Shown piece by piece: positions 25,201 through 44,327 of a stretch of DNA of 64,000 nt. Origin of the DNA: Dimorphilus gyrociliatus (taxonomy: Eukaryota; Animalia; Annelida); NCBI GenBank assembly GCA_904063045.1, contig CAJFCJ010000010.1, positions 124,001-188,000 of the forward strand, written 5' to 3'. The position numbers were made by a program, and so were the translations under genes. How positions within the stretch are numbered: position 1 is the first letter of the stretch; each line of letters opens with the position of its first letter. The notes below the pieces were generated by a model, which saw only the letters and a program-made list of their open reading frames with translations, was not told where the DNA came from and made no database searches.

Positions 25201-26202
25201 GTTTATGGTTGCCGTGGGGATTGTTTGGATTCCTATAGTTAAAAATTTCGCTGAATTGTTTCACTATATACAAAGTATTACAAGTTATTTATCTCCACCT
25301 GTGTGTGCTGTTTATGTTCTCGCAATTGTATGGAAAAGAATTAACGAAAAAGGAGCGTTCAGTGGTTTAGTCATAGGACTCCTCATTGGTATTGCAAGAT
25401 TTGCATGGGAGTACTCCTACAAAAGACCTGCTTGTGGGGAAGAAGATTCCAGACCTGCTATAATCAAAGTAAATTATGTTACCACAAATTAGTGATATAT
25501 TTATACAGAATATCATTGTTTTGTTTGCATTATACAGGACGTTCACTATCTGCATTTTGGAATTATTCTTTTTGTTATAGTATGCATTGTTACGACTGTA
25601 GTTAGCCTTGTCACCCAGCCTATTGATGATATTCACGTAAGTTTTTACGCAAGCCCAACTAAGTATACAAATCTCTTTTTGTTTTGTGTATTATATGTGC
25701 TTTTCATAATAATAATAATAAAACAGCTTTTCCGATTAACGTTCTGGACAAGACATAGTATAGAGGAAAGAGTAGATTTGTCCGAATTGGAGAAGACCGA
25801 TGATGAAGGCACAGAAAGCCAAAGAGAAAAGGATTCAGTATACGAGGAAACAGAAGAGGATTGTAAGAATCTCTTATACTGCATATCTTATGTTTGTTAC
25901 GAATAATTTGCGAAAATAATTTATTAGACGATAGTCTGCCTTGGTATAAGAAAGCGTTCAATTGGATATGCGGCATTGAAAAACAAAATGAACCCGCCTT
26001 AAGCCCTGAAGAACAGGCTTCTATTCAAGTAAACAATCGATTTGTTTATTTTATTTTTAAATATTTAAAAATATTTATTTATTTTTTATTTTAGAAAAAG
26101 TATGAATCTTTGTCCGAAGATCCATTCTGGAAGAAAGTTTGCGGTTGGAACGCTATGATTCTTATGGTTATTACCACTTTTATTTGGGGATTCTTTTATT
26201 AG
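22290..26202 (+). CDS. Sodium/glucose cotransporter-like SLC5A (SGLT subfamily) solute symporter
   Basis: [100 protein letters not shown]. The exact human ortholog is not assignable by eye. Confidence 0.95.
23855..24096 (+). other. SLC5A alternative exon A (242 nt, phase 1 to phase 0)
   Basis: TCAG acceptor and GTTGAG donor. Encodes SMAKVGNF...[42 protein letters not shown]. Confidence 0.85.
24362..24591 (+). other. SLC5A alternative exon B (230 nt, phase 1 to phase 0), paralogous to exon A
   Basis: AAAG acceptor and GTTTAA donor. Encodes SITEVGGW...[42 protein letters not shown] with no internal stop. Confidence 0.8.
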
Positions 26203-26463
26203 TTCTGTTTAATTAAACTTAAAAAACAAATGAGACGAAATTTTTAGAATTTTAATATTTTATTTTATTAAAAGAAATAATAATTAAAAAATTAATTTTA
26301 CGTTTCGTTTTTTCAATTTTTGAAATTTAAAAAAAATTCGATTAATATTATTTTGTCTTTTTTTTGTTTAGTTTCTATGGGATAAAAAAGTTTGTTTAGT
26401 GCCATTTATCTTTGTCCTTTCAATATTTCAGCAGTCCGAGTCCTTGTTCCATTCTCAAATTTT

Positions 26464-26799
26464 TTAGGCTCCCATCATATCATTCATAGCTTTACTCTTT
26501 CGGCCTCTGGATTTTCTTTTCGAGCCCATTCCTTTTGGTTTACGTCCTCTAGATTTGCGTCCTCTTGATTTTCTTGAAGATTTTCTCATACCAGATCTGC
26601 GTTTTGATGATCTACGTCTAGCCCGTCTAGCCTTCTTTGGACTCTTTGAGCGTGATCTCGAAGCTCTCTTTCTCTTTACCCTCATCGATCGTCTTTTCAT
26701 CGGTTCCATAGGCGCAACGACAGTTGCTTCGTTATTATTATTTTCATTGATCTCGGGTTCGATAGCATTATTCAATTCAGCTGCAACAGGGCTCGACAT
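26464..26799 (-). CDS. Intronless Arg/Lys/Ser-rich protamine-like (sperm nuclear basic protein-like) protein, 111 aa
   Basis: ATG in good context (AAGATG). An acidic Asn/Glu leader is followed by a highly basic block with SPKK and three repeated SRGRK units. The function is inferred from composition only. Confidence 0.7.
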   Translation of the reverse strand: MSSPVAAELNNAIEPEINENNNNEATVVAPMEPMKRRSMRVKRKRASRSRSKSPKKARRARRRSSKRRSGMRKSSRKSRGRKSRGRKPKGMGSKRKSRGRKSKAMNDMMGA

Positions 26800-26975
26800 C
26801 TTTATCGTTTGATTCCTCGGACTTTAATGATTTAATAGAAGAATTTAAATTTTAAGTTTTAAATTGTGACGTTATTATTGATGTAAGAAGGAAATGCTAA
26901 CAATTGAAGCTCATACGCTATTAATAAGTTGAAACAAGCTTTTAATAATATTTGCAATGAGCTGCGTTTATTAAT

Positions 26976-28912
26976 TTAAACGTTATCTTCAAAAGTTGAA
27001 GAATTCTTTACACGATTACTAAAACGTATATTACGATTGTTGCCCAAAGTATTTCTTGAAGCTCTGGGTAATTGAATATTATGAGTTCTTGAACAATGAT
27101 TCACCAATAAGAATCTCTGATAGGAGGCGTACGGACAAAGTTGACATTTGAACTTTTGTAAACCATCGTGTTTATTCAAATGTCTTTTCAAATCGGAAAC
27201 TTCGTTGGTCTTGAATGTGCACTTTGAACACTGAAACGGAAAACGGGTATTACGGATAACCTACGCATTTATAATACACAACTTACATTATACGGTTTGA
27301 CTCCTTCGTGTACAGATAAACGATGATTAGATAAACGCTTCTTTACCGGAGTTGTATAACCACATTCTTCGCATACATAAACAATTTTTGATTTTTTTGA
27401 ACATTCAAGTTTGGATTTGCTCTTTGGACGATGAAATTGTGATATATGTGTTTGTTGACTACCTTGTGATCTGAATATTTTCTCGCAATATTGACACTTG
27501 AATCGTCTGTTTATGAGATTTTAATGCAAATAAATTTTTGCAATAGATACTATTAAACTATTTAGAAATAATAAAAATAAACGAACTTGTAAGCGTCTAA
27601 GGCGCTATGAGATTTTCTCCAGTGAAAAATGAAAGCTTCTCTAGAAGAGAATGTCCTCTTACAATAACAGCACCTTGGTGTATCTGATTCAGATATAATG
27701 GGCTCATTAGCGTGTTTAGTATTCATATCATCTAAGAGTTTAAGTAAATCTTCACCTAGTACAGATTAATAGAAGAATTAATTTTTCAGTATTCTAATAT
27801 ATAAACTATCACTTACGAGTTGACAGATTATCTTCATTTTGTAAAGAGTGAAATAGACCATGATGATGTAAAATTGTATATAAACTATCAGTAAGAAAGT
27901 CATGTTCATCGCAATAATATGTGCAGTTTTTTCCAGTTTCTGCATTAATATCCTCTTCAATACAAATTAACTGTGAAACATCGGGAATTGTATAGCTACT
28001 ATTTGTCGCTTCGTAAGCTAATCTTTTAATCTTCCCAGATCTATTTGGAATTTTATAACTACTGTTCTCCCTCTTCTTTAGGCAATGTTTTAAATGCTTA
28101 TAGTATAATGGCAATTCGGCGCAGCCTTCTTGACAATTTGGACACTGGAAAATGAGATATTTATTGATAATAATTGTAAAGTATATATAAGCTTCTATAT
28201 ATACCTGATATGGCGGTATAACTGTTTGCGGATGATGCAAAATTATATGCTTAGCCATAAGACTCCATCGACTAGGTAGTTTATTATATGAATAACCACA
28301 AATGAAACATCTAAAATGTTTGCTATTTCTTATATGGCACTTTGAATGAGCTTCAAAATTTTGTTGATATTCTGTTTTAAAGCTACATTTTGAACAGCAA
28401 ATGTAGTGAACTTCTTTTAAATGCTTTTGATATTCGGTTGCTACTGGATATATATTTTGGCAGTACTTGCATTCAATTGTAAAATCTATTTTATGCATTT
28501 GATAAAGATGAATTCGTAAACGACTCCAATCGGCTTTCTCTCCTAATCCATAGTCGCAATGAAAACAACTTAAAATAATATCTTGACCAGATCCTATAAT
28601 GTTTGAGTGACATTTGTGATGAATTTCCAATTCGTAAGAATTGTAGAATTTCGATTGGGGACATTCTAAGCAAATTAGCATTGAATCTAGATCCTTTTTC
28701 CCTATGAAATCAGGTGGTTTTTTAAATTTACGTCGTTTTATTGGGTTTATATCAGTTTCTTCAATTGTGACGGTAATTAAATCGTTTTTGAAGCATGTTT
28801 TTATATGTTCCTTAATTGTACTTTTATTATCCGATTTCAAATTACACTGTTTACAATAATATATTGTAAGTTTTCCAATACGTTCATCTTCGCTTTGATC
28901 GTTCTCTAGCAT
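26976..28912 (-). CDS. Multi-C2H2 zinc-finger protein
   Basis: Repeated CxxC...HxxxH units, e.g. CKYCQNIYPVATEYQKHLKEVH, CSKCSFKTEYQQNFEAHSKCH and CQLCPYASYQRFLLVNHCSRTH. The first in-frame ATG is at 28912, and upstream exons are possible. Confidence 0.85.
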
Positions 28913-29625
28913 TTTCTCATCTTTCAATGATGGAATTTCTCCAGAACGCAAACAAAGATCTCTACGAAAATAGATACCCAAAACATTCGTAATGTAAGTA
29001 TAGATGGCGTTGGTTGATATGATTAATACTATAGCGTCTATTCCCGAAATAAAAAGTTAAGGTTTGTAAAATAACTCAATTATTCTTGTAGATTTGATGC
29101 ATGTAACATTTATTTCCGCAATAAAGATTATATTATGTTATATATATATGAGTTATATTTGGCATCGATTTGGATTAATAGCATATTCAGTGATAGAATA
29201 TACTATATACAGTATATATATATAGTAAGAGGAGGGAGGGAGCGAGTAAGCGATCTAAGTATCACAGTGATTACATAGTTAAATCATTACTTTCATTACT
29301 GAAAAAATATTCCACTCGTATAACTAAAGATGACCTAAAACCTTCCTAGTATTAAGTAGTTAAACTAACATTAACCCACGTGATAAAATTTTAGCACTGG
29401 TTTGGCAACGAATTAAATTGTTTTCGTAGTTAAAAAGATTTAAATATTTTTAATAAGCTCAGTCACTTTAATATTTTTTAATCCTATCACTAAAGTTGTT
29501 TTTTTTTATCTATTCTGTAAATGAAATAGGATTAGGAGGCTACAATTGGCATACACTAAATTTTTAAGTATCCGGCATATGGCGACTTTTCGTTTCGTTC
29601 TTTAATTCGATCGTTTGTTTAGACC

Positions 29626-31062
29626 ATGGCTACTGCGGTAGAAACTAAATACAAATGGGATAAACCCGATAAAAAACGTATTATGCCAACAAAGAAGGTT
29701 TACGCGTCTCCTATTGAAATCGATAGGAAACTATATGTTATTGGAGGTTGTGATCATGTGGGCAAACCCATTGATACATTCGAAGTATACAATACATCAA
29801 ATGGAAAGTGGACTCGATTAGCTCAAATGCCTACGCCAAGAGCAGGAGCATTAACTCTCAGTGTCGGAAAGAAGATTGTGGTACTTGGAGGAGTGGGAAA
29901 TAATCAAGAACCAGTTGATGCTGTAGAAATTTATGATATCGAGAAAACTACTTGGTCGAAGGGTAGTTCTCTAATAGAGCCAATTTTAGGTTTATCAGGA
30001 ATAGTTAAAGGTGAGAATTTAACTCTAAAAGAAAGAAAAGTATTATTTATTGTTTACTTTTATAACTTTTAGATAATGAAATCTATGTTGTTGGAGGAAT
30101 GCAATTAAATGGGAATCCAAGTGATCAATTTTCAGCATATAATATAGAAGATGATACCTGGCGAGCACTACCGAAAATGCCAACTGAGAGATATGCAACA
30201 TTCTCATTTCTAATAAACGATAAATTATACAATATGGGTAATTAAAACAGAATCATATTCATTTTCGATATGTTAAAAAGATATATACTCTCCGTCCTTA
30301 GGCGGTCGTCAGGGAAAACTACCAAGAACTGATATAGAAGTTTATAGTTTTAGTGAAAAAAGTTGGAGGAAACTACCTAACATACCATCAGCTAGAGTAT
30401 TTGCTTTGTATACTGCTTCTAATAAATACATATATTCGTAAGTTGTACAAACATAACTTTACCTTCATGCTATTATATATAATTCTCTTTATTAATACAT
30501 ATATATATATGCTGTATATATTTATTTGTTTAATAATTATTATGATAGGTGTGGAGGTTTAAAAGATCATCCTAAGGAATTTGTGGACAACTTTGATATA
30601 TTTGATATAGAAACAGGTAATGTTATTTCCGACGGATTTATTTATTTTAAGAAAGATTATCTTCCATAGAAACTTGGACTGAACAGAAAATGTTAAATGC
30701 TAGAGCAGATTTTGCTATTGGATATATAAAGGATAAACTTATTGTTGCAGGAGGCTTAGGTATATCTTATTGTATACGTCTAATAAAAAAATATTTATCT
30801 TTACTATTTCATTTCAAGGTAAACAGGGAAAACCTCTATGCGAAGCTGAAGTCTACGATCCGGAAATTAATAAATGGGAACAATTATCTAGCATGGCAAT
30901 ACCCCATTGCTCTTGTTCATATTACACTATACAAGTAAACATTTTATATCAAGTTTTCACGTGAATTATACTATCTCTTATCTATAGGATCGGCTCTACG
31001 TCATTGGAGGATTATCAGTTGGCGGTGTAACTGCAGAAATGCAAATACTTCGTTGTTCTTAA
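29626..31062 (+). CDS. KLHDC8: Kelch-repeat beta-propeller protein, KLHDC8-like
   Basis: Successive kelch repeats (LYVIGG...FEVY...W; IVVLGGVG...VEIY...W; IYVVGG; LIVAGGLG; LYVIGG) with no BTB domain. The subfamily call is tentative. Confidence 0.75.
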
Positions 31063-31774
31063 TTATAGTAGATGATCCTATATTCCTTCTTTTCCTTTTT
31101 AAAAAAGAAGTCAATCAGTAAGATATGTTAATATTCTTTGCTTCAGTCCTTCAAAATCCCTTTAATTTTTACTAAAATTCACTATTTTTGTTCTTATGTA
31201 CATTATTAATTTTATAAATTCAACAACATAGTGAAAGTGAACATTTGAAATGAAATAAATATTATTTAGACTACGTTTCGTATTTCTTCTAAAAATGACA
31301 AATTACTGAGATTCCTAGGCGTAAACATGTATAAATATGATATTGTTTATATAATACTATTAAACAATGAGGACAAATATTTTCTTGAATATCCAATCGA
31401 ATAAGTAATTGTTTGATACGTATAAGTTTTAATCGTTATATACTTTGTATATATTTTTATTATGATCAATTCACAATATAGAATCACACATGCTGGGTTA
31501 TATTCTAATTATTTGATGAAAAAAAAGGTCTTTTTTGTTTTTTAAATAAAGCATTATTACAGTTGGTCGAAATAGTTTTAGTCTCTTGTTCAAGACATAA
31601 ATAAATCATTTCTGAATACTTTTGTAAACAATTGTTAACTTATTTCACCTCTTATTCATATAAACATCAAGTGTTAAATTATAAGCTATAAATATAAGCA
31701 GTATTGTATAAAACATGATTTTTATACATAAAAGACATTTAAAGTAGCAAATATACAAAGCAACCACCAGGACT

Positions 31775-34700
31775 TTAATATCTTCGCTGATTTGTCGATT
31801 TATAATCATATCTGGAGTCTGAGGTGGTGCTGTGTGGCTGTTGGGGCTGCTGTTTATTATGTTGAGCGGCTAAACCCATTAGAAGAGTCGCTACATTGGT
31901 GTTTGGAAGCCACGTTTGATTGTTATTGCCCCCACCATTAGTATTTCTATTACCTCCTATCGAAAAAAAAATCAGATAATAGTTTTATGGTATCAATCAA
32001 AGAACCGTATATTAAGAGATAGTAAAACTACAAACCTTTCTCTTGTTCTGGCCACCAATTATTATCGTGCCTTCGCCCACTGCTGCTTGGCGGCGTTCGC
32101 CTATTTCTTCTATTATCGGATGATTCGCGCACGTCCATTCTTCTTTTACTGTCCCAATCTTCCCTGCCTCTATTATTATCATATGGTCTTTTCTGAGATC
32201 TTTTTTGTTCTTCTAATTGTCTTTGAAAATTCCTTAGCTGTTCTTTATCTCTTTCTAATTGGCGTTCCCTTTCTATCCTCTCTCTCTCCATTCGAATTCT
32301 CTCTCTTTCTAATCTTTGCATTTCTAATTTTTCTCTTTCAAATCTCTCTCTTTCCATTCTTAGCCTTTCACGCTCTCTTTCCAATTTCGCAGATTCTTCA
32401 CGCTGTAATTGTTCTATTTGTCTTTGCCTATCCCTCTGTTTCTGTAATTCGATTCTCTTTCTTTGCTCTAATCTTTCCATGCGAGCCAGTCGCTCATGAT
32501 CTTCACGTATTCTTTGGCGACGTATTCTCTCCTTTCGTCTTTCCATGTCTTCACGACGTTTTTTGATTCGCCTCTTCTCTTCTTCTCTTCTCTCTTGCTC
32601 TCGTTCAGTTTCCAATCTAGTATTTCGCTCTCCCGATTCCCTAAACATTACATAAAATAATAAGTCAACAAGTTCACAAAATATGACCAAAAACGAGCTC
32701 AGTTGGTTTTTAAATGAAAAAAAATAAAATAACTATTCGATGAAATCTTATAGATATTAACAAAAAATAGAGCTGAACAGTAAGAATATTCTTCATTCAC
32801 TTTAAATTTAAGTTCCTTTTAATTCTTTCGTTCAATTTCTTTTAAAAAAAAAATTGAAAGCTTGTTGAAAACTTTGAAAGAATAAATATTTAGAAACGTT
32901 GAGATAATATTTAATCTTTGATTAATATGAAATTTAAACCTTTTAGATGGTGAATTTGCCTTTGGTTTCTGTGATTGGGCAAGTTCTAGAATTTTTGGAT
33001 CTGGTTTTGTTATAGAGAGAATTTTTTCTTCAAATTCTGTATCATGTAGTTCATTCATAGCTCTTTCCGCTTCTTCCTTCTTGGACATAATAATCAATCC
33101 GAAGACTTTTGAACTTTCTTTGTCCTTCTTCATAACAACTTTTGCAACTATCACCGTACCGTAACTGGTAAAAAGTGTTTTGAGATCGGCAGCTCTTGCA
33201 TGCGTTGGTAAATTACTGACCCAAAGACTTCTGTCTTCCCTGTTGTTCGATGATAAAGAAAGTATAAGCTGATGTTTTTCTTATTTAGACACATTTCTGT
33301 TTTTATATTTTTGGCAACTATTGGAAAGTTGCTTTGTTAATGATATGAACTTCAGATAGAAAGTTAAACCTAGTTAAGCAAAAAGTGATGTTAATCATAA
33401 AGAGGACGCGACAGGACATTCAAAATTGCTTCAATTGAATGTTTTGGAAAAAGTATAGAAGGAGTTTTTGTTTCGGATCCATTTGACTTTAAATAATAAT
33501 AGCATTATTGCTTAGTTGTTTTCTTTCAGCTAGTCTTTTCGAATTCTGGATCTTTGCACCTTACTTTAATATTTGCGGAAGTAAAACTCGGATAATCTTT
33601 CAACCTACATTTGCTATTTAAAGACGGCTTAACTATGTCATCACAATATCTCAAGTTCAAGCGATCAAGTAATAAATGAAAAAAATGAATCGCTATGATA
33701 AAATATATGGGATTTCCATCTCTATGTTGTAATTTGTATAGGTGTACAAAAATATTAATACCATACATCTCCTATACAAACAAACCTCTTTTCCTGCATC
33801 CTCTGCTCACAAACTTCATCTTTCTTGCTATCTTTTTCTTTTCCTTCTTTTTCAGAATTGTCCTCACCCCTTGTTTTATGATCATCCCTAACTTCTTTAT
33901 TGGTTAGAGTTTCTTGAACTTTATGGCCTTCAATTTCCCGTTGCTTTTCTTCATGATCAATGCTGTCAACTGTTGGTAGATCAGCATCTAAGGCATTCTG
34001 GGAAGCGTCATCCACATTCACAATAAACGTCTCTTCTTTTCCTTCTTCAACTGATTCAACTTTTTTAACTGCTTTTTCAGCCTCATCCCCAGAAACTGTT
34101 CAATTTTGAAAAGATGATAGATTTTTATAACGGATAAATATACTTTGATGCTGCTGTTTTATATTTTTTTACATAGGGTGAACTGTGGCCTATGTAGAAA
34201 AAATATAGCACGAAAAGACTTTTCCAAAAAACTAATGGTAGATCTTTAATTTATCTTCAAAAGGTATATTGTCTTTTGGTCATCCAAAGTTAAATGCTGC
34301 TGTTGACTCTTTTACGAAACGTAACACGAAACACAGACGTACAAACACGAAAAAAAAAACAATCTTGCATATTTAATTGCACTTACCATTTTCATTTGAT
34401 TCATCCTTATTTTCTTCCTTGAAAGAATGAAAGTACATAAATTATATTAGAATAGACAAGATTTAATTAAACTAACATCTAAAATGCTTTCATCTTCTTC
34501 ATCCAGAGTAATGGTAATAGTATCTTCTTCTGAATCTTTATCTATTTTGGATAAATTAAAATATTCATTTATGTTTAAAATGGTTTTAATATATTATAAC
34601 TATATTTTCTGTTCTAGTAAAAAACCCCTAAACTAAAAATATTCAATAATTCCATATATTCTCATATTTTGGTTGTTCATAATTAGATGACAACTTGAAT

Positions 34701-35346
34701 GCTGCTATTGACATATGAATAACTGAGTCGTGTCAATATGGTTAAGGTCCTCTTTATATAGATATCTAAGATAGCTATAAAAATTTCTAAAGTTGGGACA
34801 GCAATAATGGATTATATAAATATTCGAGCTCTTGAATTGTGATTTTATAAAATATGGTGAATATTTCTTTTCTATGGACCATGCTTTTCTTTGGATTATT
34901 GGTTATGACAAAGGAATTATTTTTGCAACACTCTACTAATCGATCAGCCTTGTTATCTTATTATTTACCTTCTTTGTTGGCTAGTTTAAAAACAACTTCG
35001 TCAATCGTTTGTCCTTTCTTTTCTACATCCTGTATAAAAATAAGGAATTAATACAATATGCAGATAATTGTTTGTTTTTTAATGACGTATTTATCGAATA
35101 TTGTAAAATATATTAAGGGAATATAAAAAGAAAAAGCTGAAAATTAAAACAAAGGGCTTTGCTTCGGGGTGCAATTATTATTGTAATAATCATTTGGAAA
35201 TAGTTTTTATTTACCTCTCGCAACCGTCTTTTAAGATCATCTATTGTTCCTTTAGTGCTTAAATTCCGATTTTTTAGAACCAAATTTAGCTCAGAAGCAT
35301 TTAATTCACAAAATTTCTTTTGTAAATTCCCCTCACCTACTGCCAT
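31775..35346 (-). CDS. SAFB: Scaffold attachment factor B-like protein (SAP + RRM + R/E-rich coiled coil)
   Basis: N-terminal SAP-like ELNASELNLVLKNRNLSTKGTIDDLKRRL, RRM SLWVSNLP...DLKTLFTSYGTVIVAKVV, ER-rich region, and a C-terminus ending ...RRY*. Confidence 0.88.
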
Positions 35347-35358
35347 CTTGGAGTGAAG

Positions 35359-35370
35359 TACGCATGCGCA
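35359..35370. promoter_or_regulatory. NRF1-type site just upstream of the SAFB start codon
   Basis: TACGCATGCGCA about 13 bp from the ATG, in the SAFB/GFPT divergent intergenic region. Confidence 0.5.
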
Positions 35371-36014
35371 TCGAGAGAATTTTATAGTCTAAAAACCGGT
35401 CAAATTTGGCATGTTCTAATGTGAGTTGAAAAACTCCTATATATATTTTTTGTTTTAATGCTTAATAGCTTTTGACCTGTATAAACCATATCTTGAGCAT
35501 AATAAAAATAAAAAAAAATAAGCATGTGCAAAATAAGAATAATATTTGAAATAATATACAGAACATCCATTAGCTCAATTTTCGCTTTCTTCAACTAGAT
35601 TAGAGTACGAAAATTAAGAGAAATAATGGAATGGCTTTAATCTATGCATAATTAATTTCATTTAAATTTAAATATTAATCTGATAACAAATTAGTTTGAT
35701 TTCTTCTAAAAAATGAATTCTGGTACTTCTCAAAGAATTTGTTTTTGCCTCTATTAAAATAAAATTTATATATTGCTAGTAAAATTCAACATTTTTTACT
35801 GATTAGATGAAGAGTGGCAATTTTTGGGCGTGGTAAAGAAGTTTTTTTTCTTCGACTGATATAAACCGGTGATCAACCGGTTGCTTGAAGAAATCCACGA
35901 AATAGATTACACATCGTGAATAATAACGTGGCAAATCGCTCAATATATAAGTCCAATCTTCACCAACTACTTATATTTATTTTCTCTTTCGCATCGAACT
36001 ACATTGCTTGAAAT

Positions 36015-41992
<5,978 letters not shown>

Positions 41993-42303
41993 AATATTCT
42001 TAGGTCAGTTTAATTTGAACTAAGATTTTGAATGCCTTTAACAATAATATTTTTAACACTGTTTCTACTCTTATCACAAAATAATTACTCATTACATATT
42101 CAACATTATTTACATGATTCTAATACGCCAGGCAGAAATGCATGGAATACTTTGCTTCATTGTAAATGAACGAGCACTAGATGGCGTTAAATAGATTATT
42201 AGTTGATTTAATTACTTTTAGATTAAAGAGAATAACATTCATAAACAATACACACAAAATTCTTGAAATATAATTAATCAGTTTGTTAATTTTATTTCAA
42301 CAG

Positions 42304-42354
42304 GTTGACAAACCCAGAGGACTGCTGAAGGTGTACTCAACCAATCATACTTAA
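42304..42354 (+). other. Candidate alternative terminal exon of GFPT (VDKPRGLLKVYSTNHT*)
   Basis: TTTATTTCAACAG acceptor in phase 0. It starts GTTGAC like the canonical last exon and is paralogous in peptide. AATAAA hexamers lie downstream (about 42460 and 42487). Confidence 0.6.
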
Positions 42355-44327
42355 TTTCTTCGATTTTCTTTGGGAACAAAATATCGGTACTTTCGGAAAT
42401 TAGTCCTAATAATTCAAATATGTTTGCTTTTAAAAAATCTGTATATGAAAACCAATGTGAATAAATTTATTCATGAAAACAATATAAATAAAATTATTGT
42501 CCGTCAAAATATGTGGCTTAAAACACAACTATTGGGAAAAAAATGAATGGGAATATACACAAAATACAAATTTTTAAATATTCACTTAATTGTCAATTCA
42601 ATATTTTATGAACAATTTGTTTATGACTGTGTCTGCTAAATAACAAATCATTTGTAGAACTACAGTATATATACTCCAATATACAGTACATACAGTATTA
42701 GAATTTTAAAATATATAATACTCATCTTTATTGAATACTAGTAATGTTTAATGCCCACCTTCTCTCCTCATTTCTTTGATGGTGTTTATTATTTTCTATA
42801 TTTATAAAAATAGAATTGATATAGAAAGATTTTCTTTAATCCCTACGTTTAGGTACAAAAAAATGACCATTTCAAATTAGCTTCATGGTGATTTCATTAA
42901 AGAGAACATAAAAGTTGATTGAGATTGAAGAACAGAGCGAATTATACGTATAATTAACTTCAATAGACTGATACACTTCATATAATCAGCAACACTTTGA
43001 ATTTGGATATTTCCTTTGTTATTTGTGTAGAAAATACTTAGTAATTAATTTTCAACTAAAATGACTAAGGTATTTGTATACGAAGGTAAAAATCCAATTT
43101 GTTATCTAGTGCGAAAGAAATCTCTATAGATCTATATATTTCTGTTATATCTTTCTTTTTTTCTCTACCCACATAGATACAGTAGTAATTAAATGTATAA
43201 ACATTTATCGAACGAAAAACTATAATTAAGTTACGGAAAATAAGGATGAAAGCTGAAAAGAAAGAGAGAGGAAAGAGCAAGGGTAAATTCCTTATTCTTT
43301 CAACCTCTAGAAATAAAGACATAGTATGTACTTTGAAATTTCTGTTACCTAAGCAAAAAAGAGAGAGAACTTAAAAAGTTTTATGCGTCTTGCTTTCTTT
43401 TTTGTAATACTATTTTGTATTCCAGCGACTTTGCGAACTGCAGAGTGACTCTTTCAGTACATTTATTAAATTACACAAGTCAATTTATGTTACTTAATAA
43501 TCTAAACATACTTGTTTACATATAGACAAAATTTTACACAGTTGCTTAAGAGAAAAAGAAGATAGAAGGCAAAAAGATACGAGATTAAAGAAGGAAATAA
43601 TCGTACATTCCGTGTCGAAATAAGATAAGATCTTGTTACATTTACATCTTGTTTTTCTTTTGTACTATTCAACTGTTTTCCTCCCACATAGAAACTACTT
43701 TGATAGTTAATCAATGAGTAGGCTGCGTGAACATATTTTTGGTTTCGCTAATTAAGACTGTTGCAATATGGCTCTGCCAGGAAGGAATTACTTTTAAAAG
43801 ATTTCTTTATAGCGTGTCATTTTTAATGTTGTCCAACTGAAGAAAAAGAATTCTTTGAAAATGTTTACTTCCTATTATTATTAATTCTTATTTTCAAGCG
43901 GTGATTTATTGATTTGCAAATAGGCTTATACTCTGGAAAAGGTGGCGTAACGAGAGGGGGGGTGGTCTAAGGGGAGGAGCTATTTTGATTGAACGTTATA
44001 AATCATTAAATTGTACAAATAGTATCAACGTCATCCGAAATTGTGTTAAAAATACAGCTTTGCGTTAGCTAAATGGACTAGGTCGGCACTATATAAATAG
44101 TGTCTCTACCTGGATCATAGATGGCGCACTGAGAGAAAAAAAATAGAATAAAAAGCTCACCGTCAACAGATGACGCGAAACCTCGTTGCCAGGCGACAGG
44201 GATGCATTATACATTTTTCCGACGACATCATTAAAGTCCATATACACAAAGAAGGATAGTTAGTATGAAAGTTTAGCTTGGACAATAGTATTAATCCGCA
44301 ATAGAGAGCTAATTAAGGATTATAATT

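Noticed and set aside
31916-32566. 216-aa hydrophobic plus-strand ORF resembling a membrane protein
   Set aside because: Reverse complement of the low-complexity GAA/AGA-rich ER region of SAFB.
43383-43448. Signal-peptide-like mini-ORF MRLAFFFVILFCIPATLRTAE
   Set aside because: No downstream exon gives a credible extension. T-rich tracts readily mimic hydrophobic peptides.
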